In this document: positions 54,510 to 64,000 of the stretch, piece after piece | How positions within the stretch are numbered: the first letter of the stretch is position 1 | Layout: each line of letters begins with the position of its first letter | NCBI GenBank assembly: GCA_002633005.1 | Contig: NMRA01000849.1 | Span: 1-64,000 of the forward strand | DNA: 64,000 nucleotides | DNA from: Phoronis australis | Taxonomy: Eukaryota; Animalia; Phoronida | Direction: 5' to 3' | Program-made: the position numbers and the translations under genes | Notes under the pieces: generated by a model | Seen by the model: the letters and a program-made list of their open reading frames with translations, nothing else | Told to the model about the DNA's origin: nothing | The model's database searches: none

Positions 54510-55590
54510 TGGGGTGCATTCAAAAGTTATCGCCATTTATGTGTCAAATTATGACTTTATTTCGGTCAGGTAGGCCATCTTGCGATGGCAGCAGGACAGC
54601 TTACGGATTTAAAATGCTTAAACATTATTTTCACAAATATTAAGCAGTAAAGTTTAGTAACACATATCTTTACCTACCACTCTGTACAATCCAAGGGTAT
54701 ACACCAGAATTTAATCACGCACGTGTAACTTATTGAATTGAGTGGTTAAAGTGCTCACAATTCACGTTGGACAACTTGGCGAATTTTCTGAACTGAAAGG
54801 CATGCTCAACCGGCAATATTGTCATCGATGAAGATTTAACTATACATTTTCAGAGACACTGCTACAAGATGCAGATTTTTTACAGTTTCCCGAGGCTTGT
54901 GCCATAACTATGATGACTCTTCTATTTATTTTTATATGAATTGCCCACTCAATTGACATTGTATTCTGCTAAATTTTGTTGAAATTGTACTGAAATCGTT
55001 TTTTGTTTGAAAGTCAACTTGTGTTCAAGGTATGATAATATGTCACAGCAGCATACATATTTTTCTAACTTCTATGCACCAAATGTGCTTTTGATTCATG
55101 TTTTTCAACTAGACATTTTCTACTTCAAGATATATTAAAGCAACAAAATGTGAAAATTCTTACTTGATTTACAGAAATGGGTTACATTTGGATAATGAAA
55201 TATGAAGCTTAATCAGATCCTTCTGCGTCATAGTTAATATTTATTATTATAATGCTAGTCAAATTCTAGTTTAAGGACGAAAACTTTTATGGAACTCAGT
55301 CGCCATGCTAACAATTATGCATGTCTACTTTCATACTTAACGTGAGCTTGGTTCACCCTTTATTGCTGAAAATTTCCAAAGTACATTCTAAGTTTCTTAC
55401 TGTAGCAATAGGCTGTTGGGATCATTTTAGTTTGCGTATTAATTTGTACTGAGATCACATTTCTAGGTGTGAGCCTTAGTTACATTGAAAATTTTGAAAC
55501 CGGTGCGTGCAATATATCTCTCATGCGAGTGCTACAACAAATAACAAAATCAGATTTGAGTGGAATCGGTTGAGCGATTAGCATCCCGTA
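54510..55590. repeat. Diverged direct copy of the repeat at ~40005-41010 / 42080-43090
   Basis: Colinear motifs agttatcgc...gtgtcaaatt, ccagaatttaatc, gagtgg(t/a)taaagtgctca, gtcgccat..taacaattatgcatgtc. Confidence 0.8.
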
Positions 55591-57142
55591 AAATGACATT
55601 TTATCAGGAAGAAATAGTTATCTCTTCCTGGTAATATGTATCCAGCAAAGCGGCCACAAACCCGCGTTCCGGAAAAGTAACTAACTTTTGATTAAGACCA
55701 CTTACCGGTGTAACACTGATGTCAACATATTCCATTCTCGAGTGAGAGGTGGTGTCTTGTCTTGGAAAAACCGAAAGATCATTAATGTTTGAATTTGCAG
55801 TTTTAGAGTTGGCAAACCCCAAATACACTCAGAGGCGTTTTCTTAAGTCAAGTGGTGTGGAAGTTCTTGTTAGTAAGGGAAATTAAGCCCAATCACGCTA
55901 AGGAAAGCACTGAGAACGATTTTATGAGCTGAGTGACTTCATTCATTTCCATTGCCGTCATCTCTGTTTGGGTGCCCGGCGTCCGCGGCTGTATCTCCTA
56001 AACCCCTAGTAGGATGTTACTGAAATTTGGCAGGTGTGTTTCTAAGTGGTTGACGACAGATGACGACGACCCTGAGCCCCCTAGAGACAATTTTATTTTT
56101 TTCGCATGCCTCTTTATCTTCGAAGTTTCTAGACTGATTTTTGTGGAATTCTGCAGAACATTTAATACGGAGGCCACGACTGACGTTGACTTTCGGACGG
56201 GTTCGACTACTGTGTCGCCCCCTAGTGGCGATTTTGGTTATTTTGCGTCTGCGGCCGAATCTCCTTAGCTCTTGGAAGGAGTTTTATGAAATTTAAAAGA
56301 TGTACTCCTATGGAGTCTTCAACAAATGGGTAACAAGTGTTGAACTGAATCAAATACATGTACTACCGTGCCACATAGTAGCAAAATGATTTTTGCGTTT
56401 GCCTCTGTATCTTCGAATTTCATTTATTTTGTTTTATGAAATTCGGCAAATAGGTTTCTATTAAGGAGACTACAACCAACGCTTTTCCATTTTCAGACAG
56501 ATTTAATGTTTTCCGCGCCACCTGCATTCGTTTTTGGCGTCCACCTCCTTATCTTCCATACCGCTTAAAGGATCATCATGAGAATTTACAGATGTGTTCC
56601 TAATGAGAAGGCCACGACTGAAGTTGCCATTATATCTTATTTTCATGGAATTTGACAAATATTTGTTCTTTACAGCCATTTTTATGATACAATAACACCC
56701 ATAGAAGCACACCGTTTACGGTACTATCGTGGGCGCATTTCAACGCCTGAGTTGCTCTTAATCGTTTTTTGGCAGCTACATACTGAGGAAGTGCATCTTT
56801 GATCTAATCTGAGAAAAACAGATCGTAGTTGCTGATCTTTCATGAGATTCATCTAAACACAAAAATAATTCACAATTTCCGTTGATAATTTGTGAGAATA
56901 TGTAACGTCCAGAAATGTTCTAGTAGCTCTAATTATCATATGTATAACCTAACCATAAAACCCTCACCGTAAAAAGTTCTCAGATGGCGCCATCAATGCC
57001 TTTTAACACCATTTGAGAGAGAGAGAGAGAGGTTGTTTATTGCACTTGGAGCTAAGCTCATTTGTACATATTACATTGCAACATTTGGTATAGGTGGCAA
57101 TTTCATGTCCGGGTATTCAATACATATAAACATATTTACACG

Positions 57143-60100
57143 TTACAATGTTAGAGTTTCCTGTCTAATACCATAAGCCTTTAATATAAATAAGGATAGT
57201 CTTTTCAAAAGATTTCCAGAGTTCGTTTTGAGTAAGTATTTGACGTTTTCGATGTCTGTATGCTGTCGGGATATTTCTGGTAAAAAATTCTTTCTAATGT
57301 CGTTAAGTACGGGACAGTTGAGTAATAAGTGTATTTCGTCTTCAATTTCTGAACGGTTGCAAATTTCGCAAAGTCTATCTTCCTTTGGAATGTCATGGTG
57401 CCTACCAGTTTCTATTTTCAGTTGGTGTCCAGAGCACCTGAATTTGGCTAAAATTCTACGTAGAGTTTGTGGTAGACTGTAAAGATATTCTTCACAAGAT
57501 AAATCTGTTTTGATAATAGAGTAAAATGAGCACTTGCTAGAGCTCTGCACTGATGTCCTCCATTCTTGGGCACCACAATCCAACAATCTTTGCATAAATT
57601 CTGATATAAATAAATCAATGTTACCCGGTCCACTTATCCATACCTCCCCAAACCCGTATCTGAATAAAAAACTTTAGCTGCACTGGCCCAATTTGCTCGT
57701 CCTTTTTCACAGTCTTCCCGCAGCATCCTGTAACTTTTCTTTGGGTATCTGGGGTTATTCATCTGTAGAAGTTTGGTCCAGTAGATTATTGGTCTGCACA
57801 AGTATTTCACAGATAATAAATGCCTGCCGCATTCTCCTCTGGCCATAACGTTACTTGTTTTCTTTGGGACACCAGCAACCCATTTACAGAAATCATTGTG
57901 AACACTTTCTATGTCTTTCGAATATACTGTACCCCATATCTCAGCACCATATAACAATATAGGAGCTACCATACTATCAAACAATTTAAAACATACATGC
58001 GGGGATTTACAATTCACTTTGGTTAAACATGCTTTTAACATGTTCATTGCTTTTCTAGCTTGTAAAGCTGATATTCTACAATTTTCATTCCATTTTAATC
58101 TGCAAGAAAATGTCACACCAAGGTACTTGTAATAAGATTTCGTTTCTACCGATTTCTTATTGTAGAACCACCGTTCTTGTGCCGACAGAGTCCCACCTCG
58201 CTTGAAGACAACAATATTTGTCTTATCAAGATTAACACAAAGACTCCAATCCACACAGTAGTTGTGCAATACATTTAATTTCCTCTGGAGACCAGGCACT
58301 GTGTCCGCCACAAGCACCAAATCGTCCGCAAACAATAACGAACTTAATTCACAATCATCACACTTGATACCTCGTCCTCCATTTTCTTTGACCTCTGACA
58401 CCAGTCCGCTAACAAAAACAGAGAATAACCAAGGACTCAGTATACACCCTTGTTTCACACCTCTCGTACAATCAAAATAGGGTGTGATTTGACTCTGTAT
58501 TCTCACGCACGATTTCACTTCAGCATAAATATTCCTCAGGAGATTGAACACTTTCCCGTGGAGATTATTTTTTAACAAACAATAAAACAGACGTGTAGTT
58601 TCTAGGCTGTCAAACGCCTTGCTAAAGTCCACAAAGGCACAGTACATTTTTCCACCTCTTTTTGATAAATTTATGTGGGCCAAAGCTTGTAGAACAAAAA
58701 TGTTATCCACGGTCGAATAACCCGCCCTAAATCCGGCTTGTTCCTCAGGGATACATTGCATTGCATCCGACCACTCAATCAGCCTTCTGTTTAATATTGA
58801 TGTAAATAGCTTGCTTATGCTATCAATTAAAGAAATTCCCCTGTAATTATTTGGGTTATTTTTGTCTCCTTTCTTGTAAATTGGAACGATTATACTCTTT
58901 CTCCAGTTCTCCGGGAATTTTCCTGTCGCCAGTACCTTGTTGAATAGTTTGCATAACACTTCAAGGATGTCACCAGTCAGTGCTTTGAAGAGTTCATTTG
59001 GAATACCGTCTTCTCCAGGGGTTTTGTTGCTTTTAAGTTTATTTATTTCCTGATTGATTTCGGACATGTCAATTTCTTTATTAAGTTGTACCAGGATTTC
59101 ATCACCAGGTGTGTTGGCACAGTCATTGCAGCTTTCGTCGTGCTCTCGCATTTCGTCCAGCAAAATATTAAGGAATTCTCTGTTTTCCCGTACAGGCTCA
59201 GTGTTCAAGAGTTTTTCAAAATAGCTATACCATTCGTTCGACGAAATATCCGCTTGTTGAATATTGTTCGGATTTATGATTGACTTCACGTTTGCCCAGA
59301 ATATTCTTGGATCTCTCACTGAATCACATAATTTCTTTTCTATTTGTTCGTTATAATTCTTCTTTTTTTCACGACAGGTTTCCTTAAATTGACTTTTCGT
59401 ATCAATATGATTACGTAGTGTATCCACACACTTTGTGGATCTGAAAAGTTTCAATAAATTATGTTTTTCTATTTTCTTTTGCTCGCAAACGTTGTCGAAC
59501 CACCTTGGCTGCTGCCTGTTCATTGTGGGTTTATTGCTTATTTTCATGTCAGCGCCGCAAGCGTGGAATAATTCATTTAATAATTTAACTGCTTTGTTAA
59601 TATCCATATCGATGGCTGAAGATATTTGGGATAATTTTTCGGTGGTGTCAACGCTGCCCAGTCTATCCTTAAAACTTGAACATTTGTGTGGCTGCCACTT
59701 GAGTCGGTGCAATGGGGTTGTTCTGACACTAGTGTTCGATCCGTCTGTATCAGCTTCCGTATGTTCTAGATAACGTAGAGTACACATGATAGGGAAATGG
59801 TCTGACTGGTCGTAGTTTAATACTTCAAAGTCATTAATATATTTGAACAGAGATGCCTCGGCAATAACATAGTCGATAGTGCTGCATCCTCGAGTGGAGA
59901 CGAACGAATAGTTTCCTTCTCTGTCTGAGGGGTATCTACCGTTAACTATGTGCGTACCATATACTGCACAAAATTTGGCAAGTTCTTTGCCAAAGTAATT
60001 AGATTTCGCATCCTGGTTGTTTCTTGGTTTTTCAAAATTATTTTGAATATAACAACAATCGCTATTGGCAAGGACATTGATATGCGCGATATCGTCATCT

Positions 60101-60627
60101 GGAATGTAGTCTCTGAGTGTAGCTGTCCTTGAATTAAAGTCACCTGTCAAAATAACCCGTGAGTGGTTAAATTTCCCATTACTCTTTAAGCAGGTAAAGT
60201 CATCCTCGAGACGATCAACACCTCAGTCAGAAATGTCGTGGCTGTAGTATGCTGACCCTTCGGGAGGGAGATAAATAAAACCTATTATTACATCTGGCTT
60301 GTCTGAGCCAGCAAACAAATCTTTCAGATGCAAATATACTCTGTCTTCCAAATTCTCACAGATGCGCGTTATTTTGGTTCCTAAATTGTTCTTTACCATT
60401 ACTGTCACTCCACCAGATACTTTGCCGTTATGTATGTTTCGTACTGATGTGAACGTGGAATAATTTTCTAAGAGATCGCCAAATTCATGCTCTGCTCCTG
60501 CGTGTGATTCAATGAATCCTATGAGGTCGTAGTTTCTAATTATTTTTTTAATTTCTCCTTTGTTTTGTCGTAGCTTACTTTCTAGCCCCCCTATGTTCCA
60601 TGATCCTATTTTCATTTCTCTTGTCAT
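57143..60627 (-). CDS. LINE ORF2 (APE endonuclease + reverse transcriptase + C-terminal zinc finger), with one in-frame TGA and one frameshift
   Basis: SWNIGGL, GDFN, TIDY, SDH (APE); YRGISL, DFSKAFD, QGCILSP, LLFADD (RT); TGA at 60223-60225 in frame with the 838-aa ORF; frameshift in the A-run at ~57666-57671. Confidence 0.9.
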
Positions 60628-60633
60628 TGTTTG

Positions 60634-61389
60634 CTATTGACTGTCGTCCTCTTCATTTGTATCCGTTCTATCTCTGAAGATGTATCTATCCTCGTTGCAG
60701 ACAACTTTGTCTATATGATCGTCATACAGGTACATTTTCCTATTGTGATAAAGCTTATCGAATTTTATTGTGGCTTCTATAAAATTATTGTCTCTTGAGA
60801 ACTGCCATAACTTTGATCTAGCGATACGCACTTTCTTGCTGAAGTCTTCAGCCACTGAGTATTGAGTTTCACTCCTTAATTTTCTTTTGCCTTTTAAGAT
60901 CTGCATCTTGTCCTTGAACGAACTCAACTTTGCGATGATTGGTCGAGGTTTGCTAAAGTTCTTGCGACCAATCCTATGGGCCCGCTCAATCTTTACCTCT
61001 GATATGTCGAGGTGGTTATTGACTAGTTCCTTTACTGCAGTTTCCGCTTCTTCCCATGTTTCCGAATTCCCCTCGGGAATGCCGTGAAAAATTAGGTTGT
61101 CCCGTCTAGACCTATTCTCTAAATTATCCACCTTGCTTTCAAAGTGCGCCACCTGTTTTCTCAAACCGACATTTTCCTGCTTCATTTCCTTGCATTGACG
61201 ACTTAAGGATTCTATTTTACCAGACAAATCTTCTCTCATTTTCTCAAATTTTGTATTCATTTCTTCTAGTAGTTCTCTATTCGATATATCAAGTGGGTTA
61301 CTTTCAGGTTGAGTCATATATGAAGGTAAGGTCCGGTTGCGCAATCCTGTCGCAGGTCCTGCATTGGGTGTTCCTTTACCTCCTGGCAT
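60634..61389 (-). CDS. LINE ORF1 (coiled coil + RRM-type, L1-like transposase_22 architecture)
   Basis: Heptad-rich N-terminal half, then LENRSRRDNLIFHGIPE, IERAHRIG, RPIIAKL, EDFS. Confidence 0.9.
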   Translation of the reverse strand: MPGGKGTPNAGPATGLRNRTLPSYMTQPESNPLDISNRELLEEMNTKFEKMREDLSGKIESLSRQCKEMKQENVGLRKQVAHFESKVDNLENRSRRDNLIFHGIPEGNSETWEEAETAVKELVNNHLDISEVKIERAHRIGRKNFSKPRPIIAKLSSFKDKMQILKGKRKLRSETQYSVAEDFSKKVRIARSKLWQFSRDNNFIEATIKFDKLYHNRKMYLYDDHIDKVVCNEDRYIFRDRTDTNEEDDSQ

Positions 61390-61611
61390 GGTTTGCTATT
61401 GTTACGTAACCTGTATATACACTGTAAACTGAAACAGAGCTCTGACACCTCAGTGTAGGTAACCCTATAGTAGGTTATGGAACTGTCTCAAAGTCGGTTT
61501 TCTCTCAGTCTAATGAAGTTTGACCAACCTTTAAGCGTTCTGTAGATGTTGAGTATCACTTTCTTCTGACTGAAGTCCACAACACCATTTAAAAACCACC
61601 ATTGCTTCAGG

Positions 61612-63312
61612 CTATTTGTCAGCAACACAGCAACACATGAGAGATCTAAAGAAGTCTGTACACCTTTGCCGAAATGTTCTTCGTGAGTTATATATAGTGT
61701 TAAATGACGGTCGGGCTGAGCTGTGTGGATATGGAAGACACCTTCCTGTGGTAAAAATGTGTTCCAACCTTCCTTCTCTGCTAGCTTGGTTGTTAATGGT
61801 CTGGGGATTGTTTTGGTTGAAAAAGTTGAGTCTGACAGACGGGCTCAAACTATCAGAGCCGGAATTGTCGTGATCTACTTCGTCAACAGAGCCGGAATTA
61901 TAGTGATCTACTTCGTCAAACGCGCCGGCAGTTTTCTGAGCATCCGTTCGTCTACTGATTGCTTCCAAATCCGCATTGTTTGAAACATAAGGAATGCCAG
62001 GTCGGTAAATATCAGTTTCTGGTGGTCGAACCGCGGCTGCAGGTCTCACAAATGAGGTTGCACAAGTGGAATAGTCGACAGACGCCTTATTAAGAACGAC
62101 GTGAGTTTTTGAGACTTGCGGCAAATTAGTTTTGCTCGGCGGTGTCTTACACCTTGCTTGAGTCGCCTGTCTCTGGCGATATGCCTCCAAGGACGTAAAA
62201 CTTTGGTGAAGCCCTTCGTTTTCTTTTTTATTCCCGCTATTGACTTCAAAGAAAGTATTTCTCGATGATCTAAAAGGCAACTTTGAAGTAAGACTTTTTC
62301 TGTACGTTTGTGTACTTGCTAGTTTAACTTCACCTGAGCAATTGGATTTATTTCTGTGTTGAACTCCTTCTTCAGGCCTGACATGCGGATTGGATTTGTA
62401 AGAAGTAGATGCAAGACGAGATACGTCACTGGTCGCCTCTGAACTTGAGACTTTGGTGGCAGACATGGTCGAGATGATACTTTGCGGAGACCTAACAAGG
62501 TTATTGACTTTTCTTACATGTGAAGTTGGCTGGGTAGACTGTGCATTTGTTTTCCTGATGTTACAAACGTCACAATGCTCATATTTTGGAGAAGTGGAAC
62601 TTGTTTTTTTCATCAATTTTACGTCAGAAAATGTTGCTCCGAGTGTTATAGCTTTCTTCAGATCTATGCTTTCAGTGTAAAACATTTCAACCCAAATTTT
62701 ACCGATAACGTACCACTTTCCTTGCTGAGCTCGTTTCATGAACGGGTTGTCATATACATTCAACTTGAACAGACAACGGCTACAAAAGTTGTCGCGCTCA
62801 GAATTCGGTTTGGTCATCACTATAATAACGTAATGAGGACCATCCTTCCTCAAACAATAGAAATCAGCAAAATACAAGTTGCACTCATCCTTAAAATAGG
62901 GAGTTGGTATGAGCACGCGCCTGTCACCAAATGGCGACATCGGTGGAAATTCATATGTGTTGTTAGCAAGCGGATTGTTCACTGTGAAAAATATGCCCTT
63001 TAGTTTTCCATTGATAGGACAATCTTTGTCACCATTGTGATCTTTCAGACGTGGCTCTATCACATTGGATGTAGTCGAAATTGTGTCAAACACATTTCTT
63101 GGTTGGTTACGATAAAAAAAACCCACGGTTTTCCAACTCCACTGCTCATTCGAAACCATTTGCTTTGCCCTTCTGAACAGTTCCACAACATTGTTTCTTT
63201 CTTGGTGTTCCACTACAAAAGAAAGCACGTGCCCGTCATCATTACAACTAGTCGACTGGAATTTACTAATACAGTTGATAAGAGTACCAAATCGATTTTT
63301 ACAACTCCACAA
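61612..63312 (-). CDS. PHYHIPL-like: PHYHIP/PHYHIPL C-terminal-domain protein with long S/T-rich tail; probably a terminal exon, 5' end unresolved
   Basis: FYRNQP, LKDHNG..CPINGKLKGIFF, SPFG..R, NLYFADFYC, HYVIIV, NPF, VEMFYTE match the recalled PHYHIP C-terminal domain; 566 open codons beginning at TTG after a TAG. Confidence 0.85.
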   Translation of the reverse strand: MWSCKNRFGTLINCISKFQSTSCNDDGHVLSFVVEHQERNNVVELFRRAKQMVSNEQWSWKTVGFFYRNQPRNVFDTISTTSNVIEPRLKDHNGDKDCPINGKLKGIFFTVNNPLANNTYEFPPMSPFGDRRVLIPTPYFKDECNLYFADFYCLRKDGPHYVIIVMTKPNSERDNFCSRCLFKLNVYDNPFMKRAQQGKWYVIGKIWVEMFYTESIDLKKAITLGATFSDVKLMKKTSSTSPKYEHCDVCNIRKTNAQSTQPTSHVRKVNNLVRSPQSIISTMSATKVSSSEATSDVSRLASTSYKSNPHVRPEEGVQHRNKSNCSGEVKLASTQTYRKSLTSKLPFRSSRNTFFEVNSGNKKENEGLHQSFTSLEAYRQRQATQARCKTPPSKTNLPQVSKTHVVLNKASVDYSTCATSFVRPAAAVRPPETDIYRPGIPYVSNNADLEAISRRTDAQKTAGAFDEVDHYNSGSVDEVDHDNSGSDSLSPSVRLNFFNQNNPQTINNQASREGRLEHIFTTGRCLPYPHSSARPSFNTIYNSRRTFRQRCTDFFRSLMCCCVADK

Positions 63313-64000
63313 CTAGCAACTTCTTTCAGACACTCAGTGCCTCTTGCCAAAAAACGTTACTGGAATCTCAACCGCATGTTAAAGTTCCAAGAAAATTTTC
63401 AAATTTCACGCGACATGATGATTCTTTTAGAGTCAAGTCTGGAGTAAACATTTTTACATGTTTAAGATACATTCACATTACAATATCATTAATTTATGGC
63501 CGGAACATTTGGCTCTGAATTTCATAAAATAGCCACTTTAATTTTACAATGAATTTTCGTGGTTTCTAAGTATTTTTCAAGATATTTTTGCCACTCAATG
63601 TCTCTCGCCAAACTCAAACAATATTTTGATTTTATATTACAATATACTACGATATTCAGAGAAAAAACCCTTACAGATTTCCAGAAGCATTTTGTGAATA
63701 ATCAGGTTAAGAATAAACAAGACAAAGTTTCATTTCTGGAACCAATCCACAAAGCACACATGTAGCAGAATCCCGAGATTCCAATTTTACGAATAATATA
63801 TACTTGGTAGAATTTTTTGGCAAGATCTCCAATAAAAATATACTCCACAGAACTGAGGTATCTCCAGTAAGTTAGTTCAACCATACATGTAATAAGAAGG
63901 CGCTGCAGGCGGATAATCTATGTTAACAGGACAACACTGTCAGTCATACTACGAGTGGAGATGAAGTGGACAGTAGAAGACTAAGAGAGACGTGGAGAAG

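Larger units (their letters stand above)
57015..61580 (-). mobile_element. Full-length LINE (ORF1 + APE endonuclease-RT ORF2; RTEX/Proto2-like C-terminus)
   Basis: 10-bp TSD AACACCATTT at 57005-57014 and 61581-61590; 3' AATAAA followed by a (TC)n tail; ORF1 and ORF2 in order. Confidence 0.92.

Noticed and set aside
60223-60225. Programmed readthrough or selenocysteine at the in-frame TGA of LINE ORF2
   Set aside because: A simple nonsense mutation is more parsimonious; no SECIS or readthrough context recognised

Overview
Eukaryotic, AT-rich, intron- and repeat-rich DNA that looks like an invertebrate animal genome; no prokaryotic operons, rRNA or CRISPR arrays. Host genes: (i) two tandem, same-strand paralogs of a carnosine-synthase-like single ATP-grasp amino-acid ligase, each with four recognisable GT-AG exons of identical size (319/159/219/696 nt) at 5121-9313 and 26568-32234; (ii) a long minus-strand ORF (61612-63312) with a PHYHIP C-terminal domain, a low-complexity tail and a Cys-cluster C-terminus. 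Mobile DNA: a decayed Ty3/Gypsy (Mag-like) LTR element with an elongator tRNA-Met PBS and no matching 3' LTR, a near-intact full-length LINE with a 10-bp TSD inserted just after the PHYHIP-like stop codon, a decayed HERO-like restriction-endonuclease retroelement, a THAP remnant, several MITEs with visible TIRs/TSDs, a tRNA-derived SINE, and mini/microsatellites. Two duplications that abut single N characters (27373, 41705) are probably uncollapsed-haplotype artefacts. Best novelty candidates: the ATP-grasp pair with altered active-site residues, the ADP-ribosyltransferase-like motif pattern of the PHYHIP-like ORF, and an unidentified decayed coding region between the two ligase genes. Family assignments come from recalled motifs; no search was run.
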